From a virus (Duplodnaviria; Caudoviricetes): a stretch of 64,000 nucleotides of DNA. How positions within the stretch are numbered: position 1 is the first letter of the stretch; every line of letters begins with the position of its first letter. This document shows, one piece after another, positions 19,301 through 28,300 of the stretch. Under the pieces are notes generated by a model. It ran no database searches and was not told the origin of the DNA. It was given only the letters and a program-made list of their open reading frames with translations. Location: IMG/VR virus record IMGVR_UViG_3300037565_000048, positions 5,201 through 69,200 of that record; one strand, given 5' to 3'. The position numbers were made by a program, and so were the translations under genes.

Positions 19301-22300
19301 TTCGGTCAAACAGAGGAACAAGACCTTGCTCAATCATCTGTTCACGACTCAAGGGCGCGTCAAATGATTTTGTGGCTGCATCTTGACTGTCAACCTCAAG
19401 ATATGTGAACGATGGTGTCTCCGCTGTCGCGTCGCTGTTTGCTTGAGTTCGCAACTCTTCATAGACTTCACGGCTTGTCTCGTCCATAAACCGTGTGTCC
19501 AAGTCAAATTCATTCTGCGCCTCTGCGTTTTCTTCAGCTTGACTAAAGCCGGTGATAACCGGTCCGGATCCACTCTGCATTACTTGAACCGGCCCATTGT
19601 ATTGGATGCCCTCTGATTCAAGCGTGTTCTCGAACTCACCTTTGAGTGCTGCAAATTCTTGGAGTGTCAAGCTACCCTCTTCGACCTCATCCATCTTCTC
19701 AATACTGAAGACTTCACCTTCAGTAGTTTGCTTGCGCTCCGGTGAACTTGATGGAAATGCCTTGCTTTGGTAATTCGATTTGCCTTTCAGCTTCTCCAAT
19801 ATCTCCGGCTCATTCGTCGATTCGCCCTCTTTGGTTTCAGCACTCTTGAGAACTACTTGGCTTTCGCCTTCTTGATCGGCCGGCACAAAAATACCGCGGG
19901 TGTTTTCCCCTTCTGCAATTTGGGTTACTTGCTGTGGTCCGCGTGGTGTGACTCTTGGCGTTTCTTCAGTTCCTCTTGTATCTTCGCCATCAACCGGAGT
20001 TTCTGATTGTACGCCTTGCTCGTCAGTTTGGCTAGTTTGCTCCCCGGCTCCTTGAGTTGCCTCCCTAGAAGTTCCCGTATCTCCTTCAGTTCCTTGTCGC
20101 TCTTCTGCTTCCAGGTCATTTCTGTATTCCTCAAGATTTGTGTTCCATTCGTCATTGATTTCTCCAAGGAAATCAACAAACTGCTTCTTTTCTTCAGTTG
20201 ATAGCTTACTGTAAAACTCCCGACTTCTTGCCGTCTGAATGTCTCCAATGGTGGTTCCCATACCCATACCAAAACCGAGCACGGCACTACTCACGGCAAA
20301 GTGTAGGTTTTGGCTCATTGTTCCGAAACGCTCTTCAAACTTTTCTCGCACCTCTTTCCAGCTATTGCTTTCTTCGTAGATGCCGCCAATCTCTTCACCG
20401 TACTCTTGAACTACCTCACCAAAAGGACGTGCAAATACATTGCCCCCGACCTTCATTGTGGTTCCCATGTTCTTGATCTTGGCTACGGCTTCCGGTGTCT
20501 TGTTACCAAACAATGCTTGAATACGAGTGTAGGCGTGTTTACGCACTTGATCGTTGGCCATAAGACCTTGCACCGGTGCTGCTGCTGCTCCACCAAAGAA
20601 ACCGGTGGTGAAACTCAATTCTTCGTCTCTTCCGCTGATTTGCCCCGCCACTTCAAATCGTGCACCTTCCTCAAGACCGCTGAACATTGCATTGCTGATT
20701 CCGCGACCGGTCCGCATCCGGAGTCGCTGAAGATATGTTCCTGCGTCAAACGTCTTGTCCGTCAACTTAAAGGCGTTCTTGAGCGTCTTGGCTATTCCGG
20801 CACCTCTACCTCCGGTCATTGCTTCAGCTACCACGATGTCCGTCATGTAACCTCCGGATGTAGCTGTCATTTGAGCCCAATCCTTTGCGCTGAACATATC
20901 GTATGGGCTGCTGATTTCCTCAAGTTCGTCATAAATGCCCTTGCGGTAATCTTCTCCGTTCTTGCTCACCAACATCAATGACTCAATAGTGCGCTGTGCC
21001 AACTGTTGGTCAGTCATGTTGTCTCCGGATCCTGGCAACATGTGCTTTGCGTAAACGTCACTAAAGACGCCCCAAGCCGTTTCTTGAGTTCGTGCTTGCG
21101 GAGCACGGTTGAGCATTGCAATCGGTGCCAACGCTCTTGCTTGCTCAATCAACCGGCCAAGTTTCTCATCATCTTCTGTATCAAAAGCGTCAATCCGGCT
21201 GTCGCCTTTGATCATTGTCGAGAAGTACGGAAGCTTCGTCAATTCATTCAACACGGCATCTTGAGTCCAGCTACCGGTCTGCTGGCCGTATCGCTCCTTT
21301 GTGATGTCGTTGATTTGGCTGATTGTAATGGCATAGAGGTATCTCGCTTTTTCCAAAGCTGTATTACCAGGGAGACCTCCCGGCTCCATACCGTACCGAT
21401 CAATTGTGATTTGCGCTGCTTCCTCAAATTTACCGTCTTCATACGCTTTGAGAAATGGAAGCTTCATCTGCTCTTTGGCTTCGATTTCCTTTTTGGTCAA
21501 CGCAATGAGTCGTTCGGCTTCCTCGATTTCTTGATCGTGTCGCGCTTGAAGTTCTCCGTTTCCTTCTTCAATAGCAATGTTTCTTTGAGTGATGTGGTAC
21601 TTGAGACGACCTTCATATCTGCTCAATTCTTCAGATAGTTCACCGTAATTTTCGTCGATTTGCTCACCAAGTTTTTCCCATCGCTCATCAAGTTTCTGCT
21701 CAATCGAACGTATTTCTTCAGTCTTCTCTTGGCGCTGTTCCGGAGTGTAGCTGTCTTGATTATCTTCGTATTCCTCATAAGCTGTGTCAAGTGCCGTGAT
21801 TGATTCGTACACGGCCAGCTCTTCACTTCTCAAGAACTCTTGAGCCGTCTCCCCTTCAATGCTTTCAACTACGGTTTCAATGTCTCCGGCCAAGTCTTTT
21901 TGTCTTGCCTTGATTTGACGTTTGATCGAATTGATTTCTTCCTCAAGATCAGTTGCCATTGATCCGGCTCCCGCCTTTTGAGCGTATGCCATTTCAGAAG
22001 TCTTCCGACGCAATTGTAGATATAGCTTTTGGATTTCGCTGTCTTCCGACGCCACCCCTACGCGCGCTTGCTTCTTGAGTTTGTCAAGGTAGAAGAGATT
22101 TCGATTGGTGGTCTCGATTGGGTCTTGTCCGTCAAGCAATGGATAGTACCCTTTCCCCAACGCTTTTTGCTTTTCAACTTGGCTCCATAACTCATCAACT
22201 CTCTCTTGCATCTTTGGAACCCTCGGATTGAATTGATCTGCCGGGATGCTACGAGCCAAATCATTCAGTTCTTTCTCAAGTTCGCCAAGTGCTTGATCAC

Positions 22301-22631
22301 CAATGTACGTCGGGATAGAAATGTTCTCCGGTATCTCAAAGTACCCCATGTCACGACCTAAGCTATGACGCTTGGCCTTGCTCAACTGTGCCGTCTCAGC
22401 GTGTTCTTTCTTGACAGTTACCGCTGGGCGTAAATCAAATTCCTTTGAAAGTGATTCGTACTCATCGTCGGTGAGCCATTGCTTTTCACCTTCGTAAACG
22501 TACTCCTTGATTTCTTTCAATCCGAACTCCGTTGGATCTACTTCGAGTTCCTTGAGTTTTGATTCTTGGATGTGCTCTCCGGATTCCGGATCGAGGAATG
22601 TACGCTCTTGGCTTTGAGTTGTTGGTGTCAT
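13344..22631 (-). CDS. giant (3095 aa) internal virion/ejection protein of polyvalent type, with a kinase-like domain and two GNAT domains
   Basis: Follows the tail and ejection genes. GNAT motifs ERGKGKFS...RLEAYYESLGF (~18910-19160) and REKGKA...RLRDLFSSAGF (~17350-17610); kinase-like segment ~19520-19935; long helical regions. Confidence 0.75.
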   Translation of the reverse strand: MTPTTQSQERTFLDPESGEHIQESKLKELEVDPTEFGLKEIKEYVYEGEKQWLTDDEYESLSKEFDLRPAVTVKKEHAETAQLSKAKRHSLGRDMGYFEIPENISIPTYIGDQALGELEKELNDLARSIPADQFNPRVPKMQERVDELWSQVEKQKALGKGYYPLLDGQDPIETTNRNLFYLDKLKKQARVGVASEDSEIQKLYLQLRRKTSEMAYAQKAGAGSMATDLEEEINSIKRQIKARQKDLAGDIETVVESIEGETAQEFLRSEELAVYESITALDTAYEEYEDNQDSYTPEQRQEKTEEIRSIEQKLDERWEKLGEQIDENYGELSEELSRYEGRLKYHITQRNIAIEEGNGELQARHDQEIEEAERLIALTKKEIEAKEQMKLPFLKAYEDGKFEEAAQITIDRYGMEPGGLPGNTALEKARYLYAITISQINDITKERYGQQTGSWTQDAVLNELTKLPYFSTMIKGDSRIDAFDTEDDEKLGRLIEQARALAPIAMLNRAPQARTQETAWGVFSDVYAKHMLPGSGDNMTDQQLAQRTIESLMLVSKNGEDYRKGIYDELEEISSPYDMFSAKDWAQMTATSGGYMTDIVVAEAMTGGRGAGIAKTLKNAFKLTDKTFDAGTYLQRLRMRTGRGISNAMFSGLEEGARFEVAGQISGRDEELSFTTGFFGGAAAAPVQGLMANDQVRKHAYTRIQALFGNKTPEAVAKIKNMGTTMKVGGNVFARPFGEVVQEYGEEIGGIYEESNSWKEVREKFEERFGTMSQNLHFAVSSAVLGFGMGMGTTIGDIQTARSREFYSKLSTEEKKQFVDFLGEINDEWNTNLEEYRNDLEAEERQGTEGDTGTSREATQGAGEQTSQTDEQGVQSETPVDGEDTRGTEETPRVTPRGPQQVTQIAEGENTRGIFVPADQEGESQVVLKSAETKEGESTNEPEILEKLKGKSNYQSKAFPSSSPERKQTTEGEVFSIEKMDEVEEGSLTLQEFAALKGEFENTLESEGIQYNGPVQVMQSGSGPVITGFSQAEENAEAQNEFDLDTRFMDETSREVYEELRTQANSDATAETPSFTYLEVDSQDAATKSFDAPLSREQMIEQGLVPLFDRKQAAPEQTQETQGVTPEPTTPEPTTTAGRLGINEDAGDMVEGAVMGNLSGANVVLTENDNEVTLESISVPPAERGKGKFSSAMSELIAQAKTDGKDVVLTPKALDDKTDQKRLEAYYESLGFKKQADGSMKLDKAYDPLEAYVEKVEKKQGEDNKIVTAYEGEKFSVDQNGTYYNKKGQELKRIPNEYRTEYFLNHVLPNIDDFESFERKLYEAQIKEESLAEGEDWRAEIYDMVMSPTEWDTYIGWEKTSPWYRRHVRKDAKGEFEEMQALLQSKYSGDGMIGIDERFDPNDIAEELMRYWMIGDKNVARNPERVDFINEYGIDPITNLDAIQEGLADVAGEWRKLGLTQEQFQEMMNYEAESEEEYNEYLEQKYQELVDEDSKTDSDEQVSQEETKEDIADRAIAFIEKLQSDIDKFGKENIGMQLLPPNLVKGLLEVVKQGLIAGKKASEIIKSVIKALKESDWYKSQTRDQQIKAERQVKETVEQNLNQFYASQKNQPGVGGSQSQGQGAGKGNQQQTGSGKKTGGKKPENNARNLAKSFGNKVEEAKRKNGNPTFRFTRKGVTVILEQKPNGTVQVFDIRTTKSSREKGKAKEVLKELTAAAEKRKTKLSVKTIPPSSDIDYGRLRDLFSSAGFEYVDAFTMDYIPGSGVTVTEKKAATEAIYKMFYAKISKGATAQDLAKEIDAHNWHDRAGTTRRKLKELAEDMERRIKVQQKARDKRVSMRVRGLYDRLLNLEKLTAEEREAIDLHGDILYEQLKNDDVNQIAQGLLEELKQTTDGSARQIFNEYMATWKKMAGPLSESRVAGAVHANVLHKIVAISRKDGDKSLMVEVLNLLAVTGTNAGRLIQQFSEKASPEAFANRVSEKMINDMNEAIGDDANLLEELADEIRSIMRKLFDSEISIDQLLERIASQDAEIAALLEKLTEAEGEINEAIEKENEKNRKGLENAKSKPNRSASDTKKINARVEKAAGKFRSGEQQRMAPGDVMADSLMAFAKEMAKSRNTLKALDAAMAELKKSDAYKNATPDQQMQMRLELEELLTNIVPEIDKDIKRASKFYIKKNEVDVKKIIEDHLKGNARGEKKKLSERIADQTGITDLDLLERLEKKIEEQIEQIVKERLAKAIQNKYEKSNKKAPKNLNFILQNIIQDLMSGVISDFDLKAAFAQHYNFQQLNDEIFEKIEHFAQVITELSEAGNRIAAEKASDELRKILREETSYRPFWGKMVYDYMHLSILSGFKTQWNAFIGAISEMLPEMMIRTTKAMVKNPAAPMLAIDHMLKSGVFMRSWKGLIAALKANENDVAKYGFYVMAETARISEGQLDEIILEGYKRGKPIMTRIMSVLMQPLRIVHALGAQDVFMNGTASEYLEYLDEFESQAGQSKTTWMQRLNPKVFTSLHKDVVAAMQRTNDPSFEQRYEDALESAEDMFADLGIKLPVNFSARLKQDMLKQAREEAGMKVRIDTIKEMMLMANPRGLGAHILKGIKGITVPREGESVAQVSGRLFLSTIMLLPRIMVASTSRMMSAFPLVGLASSFYHLRVGKIAVYVNGDVQHINYGWPEFWRRVFWNAAYTGITLGLFMSIFEFDDEDEDEKLLPLQDYLGKKKPGPRFFGRKIKLREDRIFDVTGELGGYFTSENSAEEGIKPLTLRMKINGKWRNITRLNYLVSFAPALHMMGEWRDELTYGYTDDMGVDKRDLEDSDVDKIADSFLMMMGEMTYSETLRTIKRLSLSPEGQVGERIVGELVVKPATIFTPRIYRDGMQSTLSAFGTARYENLGSSDILRPLENYYTARWMFDTVDKVDEAGYPLEYGNHIKNLPVVNLFTDDYWTEHTKGKLYYDLWQNRPNLMATKIQPTSFTTLTNPDISDDKVDLEPEEKQAMTTASRMVYGKLIELTYDEYGEKIESMTDAQFMEYNEQLQTGAKELVKDIYFYLRVNPKQKQPREPQEAIQLLMNPKEMQKIQDKNLQKILDVQLLEGPNK

Positions 22632-22719
22632 TGAAAACGGGATGTTCGTTCTACGTGCAATTTACAGCATTGCTAAAGAACGAAAATCCCGCTTTCCAAA
22701 AGTTGTGAAACTGATGCCG

Positions 22720-24294
22720 TTATTTTGGGCCAAATCTTTTCTTGAATACCTTTCTCTGAAACTCGCTACTCAAATCATACTTCTGACCACCGGCAATTAT
22801 TGTAGTTCCGTCTCTTGTCGCTTTCACACCTTGAGACTCAAGATAGTTCATCCGGGTCTCCATCTTTGATTCGTCTGTATAGTTCTCGGCTTCCGGATCA
22901 AATGCTACCGCCAAATCTTCTTCGTATCCCTCATTGGCTGCTGATTCGTTTGCCTCTTCTTTGCCTTTACGACGTGCCTCTCGCATTTTATCCATCACTT
23001 GATCAAGTTGGTCAAGTGTTACTCCAAACTGCGCAGCAAATCTTCCTGGGTTCCCCCTTTCGTCAAGAGGTATTCTTACCAATTCACCTCTCTTTGCTTG
23101 ACCACTAAAGATGCCTCCGGTTATTTCAGACATAGCATCAGAGTTCTCTACATCTTGATCTAGTGTTCCGGTCAAATACATTTTTCCGTTTGAGTCTCGA
23201 ATGACTTGAGTTCCTTTCAAGTTCATTCCAATCACTTCTCCTTCGTTGTCTGTGACTTCAAAATCAAAAAGCTTTGGTTTGCCGTCTTTGTGAGATATTG
23301 AAATAGTGCTCAAGTCTTTATTATCACCAAAAACACCCTCTTTGAAGTCTCCCTCATTAAATACCGATTCAACCGGTCTTTCATCGTAAGCAAATTGAAA
23401 TGACTCATTTTGTCCAATTCCACTTTCGAAGTTCATACGGAAGCCGGTTCTCTCTTCGTCTTCAGTTTCGCTATACATAGTGTCAACCTCGGCAACCGCC
23501 TTGTCAACCATTTCCTCAATGTATGCGTCAACGTCTTGACCGTATCTTCTCAATTGCAGAGCGTACTTCTCGTTCTGCATTTCCAATACAATCTGCTCTC
23601 TGATTTGGGCTCGTTTCGCTGACTTGGTTTTCGTTGTCCAATCCCCTCTCTCCTTTACTGATTCATGCACGGTTCGCACGACGTTATCTAAAGGTGCCCA
23701 CTTGTCTATGTTTGGAACCAATAAACCTTGAGCGTAAGGGTCTTCATCGTCTCCAATGTCTTTCTCTCCTTTCAAGATAGCCGTTCGCTCCTTGATCGTT
23801 TGCGCGTTGTTGAAGGCATCAATCCGTCTATCCACGGCATCCAAGTTGTACGCTTCCGGATTGTCCGTCACTTCTTTCTTCTGCGCTTCATACATCTCAA
23901 GATTCTGTGCGCTCTCCGTACTTGCCGTGTCAAGGGCTTTTTGCATACGGTAGAATACTCGTCCGGCTCCGGATGTCGGGTCAAGAATGGACTCCGGACC
24001 TTCAGTTTTCATAATCGTGGTCATCGTGTCCATAAAGGTTTCCCGCATTGCAATCAACTCTTCGCGGTCTACCTCATCTGCTGGAACAACATCTAACCCC
24101 TCTAGCTTCTCTTGAAGCTTCTTCTTCTGCTCCTGCGCTTTGAGTTTGCGCTTATCTCTTTCAGCTTGCTTCTTGAGTGCATACTGCATCATGCCCGCTG
24201 CCGGGTCGAAGCGGTCTTGAAATACGACTGCAGCACCGGTTCCGGCAACACCTTGATTGACTTGGGTGCGTGGATCTGTATTCGCTGGTGTCAT
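22720..24294 (-). CDS. putative internal virion/ejection protein
   Basis: 524 aa, helical, charged N-terminus; lies between the tail genes and the giant protein. Confidence 0.55.
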   Translation of the reverse strand: MTPANTDPRTQVNQGVAGTGAAVVFQDRFDPAAGMMQYALKKQAERDKRKLKAQEQKKKLQEKLEGLDVVPADEVDREELIAMRETFMDTMTTIMKTEGPESILDPTSGAGRVFYRMQKALDTASTESAQNLEMYEAQKKEVTDNPEAYNLDAVDRRIDAFNNAQTIKERTAILKGEKDIGDDEDPYAQGLLVPNIDKWAPLDNVVRTVHESVKERGDWTTKTKSAKRAQIREQIVLEMQNEKYALQLRRYGQDVDAYIEEMVDKAVAEVDTMYSETEDEERTGFRMNFESGIGQNESFQFAYDERPVESVFNEGDFKEGVFGDNKDLSTISISHKDGKPKLFDFEVTDNEGEVIGMNLKGTQVIRDSNGKMYLTGTLDQDVENSDAMSEITGGIFSGQAKRGELVRIPLDERGNPGRFAAQFGVTLDQLDQVMDKMREARRKGKEEANESAANEGYEEDLAVAFDPEAENYTDESKMETRMNYLESQGVKATRDGTTIIAGGQKYDLSSEFQRKVFKKRFGPK

Positions 24295-24297
24295 TTC

Positions 24298-24978
24298 TTA
24301 TTTAGGTTGTCTGTTCGGGTACAGCAAATCAAGAATTTCTCGATCAAGGATTTTGGCGAGTTCGTCTTCACTCATGTAGTTTTCCGGACCAACCGATTCT
24401 TGTCCGGTTTCCATCATGCCCTTTGACAAAGCTGCTTGGCTTACTGATCGTCCTGCTCCTTCGATTCCGCTGTAAATGTTGGTGAGTCCTGCTTGTTTGA
24501 GTGCTGATGCTGTTGCTGCCGTCTCAAGATACGGATCCAACTCATTCATCTTCCATGCTTTGTCCTGGTACTGCGCTTTCATCTTCAGTCGCTCCATCAA
24601 CAGTTCCTGCAACCGTTGCTTGTTCTGCGCTGCGCTGATACCCAAATCTCTTTGTTGAGCCACCGTATTTCCGTAGCTACGACTCAAGGCCGACAAAGCT
24701 GCTGCGCTACTTGAGCTCATGTCACGGATGTCGCGCACTTGATTACCAAGTGTGCCACCAATCTTCTCTTCGATGATGTCTTGACCTGGAAGTTCGTTCT
24801 GTGAAGCCAACACACGAGCCATTTGAACGATTTGATCAATCTCTGCCGGTATCTCATAGTCCGGCCGAACATTGTTCTCCATCAACTCGTTTGCACGTTT
24901 GTTCTGCAGGAGTCCTGCTCCCGTCTTTGACAACTGTGTTAAAGTGCCAACTACTGCTGCTGTGGTGATTGGATCCAT
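24298..24978 (-). CDS. putative DNA ejection/pilot protein
   Basis: MDPITTAAVVG start and Ala/Gly/Gln-rich helical composition typical of podovirus small ejection proteins. Confidence 0.6.
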   Translation of the reverse strand: MDPITTAAVVGTLTQLSKTGAGLLQNKRANELMENNVRPDYEIPAEIDQIVQMARVLASQNELPGQDIIEEKIGGTLGNQVRDIRDMSSSSAAALSALSRSYGNTVAQQRDLGISAAQNKQRLQELLMERLKMKAQYQDKAWKMNELDPYLETAATASALKQAGLTNIYSGIEGAGRSVSQAALSKGMMETGQESVGPENYMSEDELAKILDREILDLLYPNRQPK

Positions 24979-25301
24979 TTTGTTTTGACTCTTTCGTTTT
25001 TACTTCCGGCTTCATCCATAAGCTGGTTACAAGCGACGGCTACCTCGTTGAAATATAAGTGTTGTGGCAAATGTTTATAGTGCAATTCGTGCATCTTTTC
25101 AACATTGCAAATTGTAGGACGCTTATCGTAAACTTTGCACTTCCCGTTCACCAGCTTCTCGCAACTCCCGTCCGGCTTTACTGCAAACGGAAAATTCTTG
25201 AGCTCAATTTGGTGTCCTAAAGGTAGCTTGCCGAAGTTCTCAAACGTCTTTCTGATGTTCGAGCAACACAATCCGCAACTGGTACATTGAAACTTTGCCA
25301 T
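24951..25301 (-). CDS. YkgJ-family (CxxCxxCC) cysteine-cluster protein
   Basis: FQCTSCGLCC ... CEKL..GKCKVYDKRPTIC. Confidence 0.85.
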   Translation of the reverse strand: MAKFQCTSCGLCCSNIRKTFENFGKLPLGHQIELKNFPFAVKPDGSCEKLVNGKCKVYDKRPTICNVEKMHELHYKHLPQHLYFNEVAVACNQLMDEAGSKNERVKTKWIQSPQQQ

Positions 25302-25305
25302 GTCA

Positions 25306-25313
25306 CAAAGATA
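25306..25313 (-). promoter_or_regulatory. Bacteroidota sigma-A -7 element TATCTTTG
   Basis: Perfect TAnnTTTG, 4 nt upstream of the YkgJ ATG. Confidence 0.65.
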
Positions 25314-25314
25314 A

Positions 25315-28300
25315 CTATTGCGGACTAGGTAGGTAATGAATGATGATTCCTCCTATTTCGCGCTTGTTGTCCGATAGTCCTACAATTGGAGGAAACGTGA
25401 AGTTGTCCATTTGCATCCTAAAGACTTCGCCACGAATATCGTCACCATTGAATACCCTTGACAGAGGAAATGCAATGTTGTCGTAATAGTCTTCTGTGCT
25501 GCCATAGATTGCGCTGGCCCACTTTCTTTCGTAGGTCTTCCAAAAGTTCGGAAGAACGTATGTTCCGTGACCTCCCGGCATGTTTCCAAAACCTTCTACC
25601 GTAGCCAATGAAAGTGTACCTGGATTGACATTGGTCAAAACTTCAATCCCGTGTAGTGTTACGCTGTTCGGGAAGAAGTGGTTTAGGTTCCACACCAACA
25701 TATACAACCTTTCAATTCCGTACATCGTAAGCCCTTGATCGTTGTCATAAACCTCTCCGTTGGCAAACGTGTACAGAGTGTCACCAATCTGTGTTTCGGC
25801 TGTAGGGTATCCGTCTAGTGTCGTTTCCCACCTTCTCTTCTCAAGATCAAAAACGATTGTTTGTAAGTTCGTTGAACTTAGAAATGCGTTGTTCGATGAC
25901 GTAAATCGAAGCTTGTTTCTGTGTCCATCGAATTGCGTCAAGGCAAATGGGTCGCTGTCTGAATCAAGTGAACCGACTTCTTCTTTGAAATACTTGTCCA
26001 TCTTGTACTCGCCACCGGATATTACCCTTTGTCCGTTTGACAAGCACTCCACGAAAATTCTATTGTTCGAGTCGTAGTAGTACAACGCTCTATCAACCTT
26101 GATAATTGACTGGTGGAATCGACTACCCCAATTCTCTTCATGTGGCCGGACGGTTCCAAACGTCGATTGAATGTACTGAAGACTTGCTTCCTCTCCGGAA
26201 AAGCTTTCTTGCCGGTCTACATAGATGCTGTAAACCTTTTGCTCACAAATCACCTTGAGTGTGAAGCCAACTTCTATGACGCGAGTGACTTGACCGTAAT
26301 CCGGTGGTAGGTTCACAATTCTTCCGGTGTCAAATCGACTGAAGCCATTGACGTTGGTTTCATCTATGAACTTCCGGCTCGCCCGCCCGCTGTTGGTCAA
26401 CTCCTTTCTTTCGCTGGTAACATCTTGAATTGCCGGTCTTCCTTTGTCAAAGTATTGGCTTGAGTACAAGTCCGAGTAGTGGAAGTCTTCAATGTACCAA
26501 CTCAAGGTTTGGTAAGGATCTGCTGTGAATCCACTACCCATTTGACGACGACGGATGTAACAGTCTCCGCCCTCCACGTCTATGAGCACGTCGTTACCCG
26601 GTGTCTGTCCAACGTGTGCACGGTTTGGTGTGTGAGGGTCTTGCACATTGTAAGTGTCTGAAATCTCAAACCAAATAACGTCTTGATCTGACTGTTTTTT
26701 GGGTGTGAAAATCTCAATCAAAAACGCCTCGTTACCACCACAAAGTTGCTCAAAGTCGAACGCTTCTACCCAAATGGCTTCACCTTGATTTTCTCCGGCC
26801 TCTAGTTCGTACTGAAGAACATTGAACAGTTGATTGGTTTCCACGCGTTCCGGGCTGTCAAATGCTACCGGACTTGTCTTCGTCAAGATGCGTACTTGAT
26901 CACCGACTTGGATTTCCTTGTTGTAAGTGACTCCGGCATAGTTGTCACGGTATTCGCGCTCAAGACTTAGCTTTACCCTACCAGGAGTAAGACTGTCAAT
27001 CTGCGCCTTGACAACACTTCTTTGCTGTACGTTGAGCATTGTCCGGTTTCCGCCATAGACAATCTTGTAGTATCTCGCCCAAGCTGGCGGTTGATGACTC
27101 ACCAATATCTGAAGAACCGTTTTGTATGTAGCTGTTGGGTCATCCAATACGGCCAAATCCTGCTCTGTCTGTGATTTGATCTCTACCCGGCAATCGCTAT
27201 TTGTGATAACGGTTCCGTCGCGCATTGCAGCATCGTAATACTGAATACCTACGGGATGAACACAACCCGTCTTCCAACTTTGGTATCTCTTGTTTGGTTG
27301 CTCTACTGTGATAGTGAAGTTCTCATCAAGAACCGGGTCATCCAATTGAAGTGCTGGATCCGGTAAAGTTGTGTAGTTCACAGAATGTCCAAGCCCGTTC
27401 AAGTAGATTCTCCAATCGACAAAAAATTGGTTGAGCCCCCCAGGACCAACGTAATCTTGAGACGTAATAAATGTTCCGGTTTCGGTGTTGCCACCAAATG
27501 TCCAAGTGATTGTTATTGCCGTGCCCTCTGGAATGAAGCTTTCTGTTCCCATCGTGTTTGGGTTCAGCGTGATCTTGAGTGTGTCCGGGATTCCACCGCT
27601 AAAGATTTGCTCTACATCAAACAGTAACTCGTGTATTGTCTGTCCAAGTGCACCATTGTCAATCTCTTGGATTTTGTAGCTGGCCTCCATTTGTGGCTCA
27701 AACCGGTCATACCCTTCTACAATGTTGAAGTAAACAAGTTCATTGTTGTGAAGTATCTCTTGGCTCTTCGCAATTTGAGGTATCAAGTCATAGTTCTGAT
27801 CACTTACCTCAATCGGCTTTTGCTGCTCGTCGTTCCAAAAGAACACAAATTGGTTCACTTCATCCGCGATTCCCTCAATGTCCTTGTCTATCTCTCTAAA
27901 GATTCCCCAAGCACCATCATTCCCTTCTCTCACGGCCACTCTTATCTTCCGAACGGTATGGTGGCCGGTGTTGATTGACAATCGGATTACGTTGTCTTTT
28001 GACGGTTGTGTGCTGAAGTTTCCCCCCATCGTCTCGCTTTCTTGAGGAAACGGAAGTCTACTGATTGGGCTCCATCTGCTTTCTTCACCGTCGTCGTAGA
28101 TGTACTGAACAATGAATTGAAACAACCGACCTTTGAGCATATTCGCGCTCCGGCTAAGGTTGGTCAAGTATTGGCAAGACGGAGAAAGAGCATAGGGGTA
28201 CTTTGCTGCTTCTATCGTCTGCCAATCAATACTTGGGTATCCACCCGATGAGTTTTGGAAGTCAATAGCTTTCTGAAGATTGATTTTCCGTGGCGGACTG

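Noticed and set aside
13344-22631. Giant protein as a crAss-type virion RNA polymerase
   Set aside because: No DxDxD catalytic motif found (the nearest, EFDLD and DFDLK, do not fit); GNAT and kinase-like domains instead.
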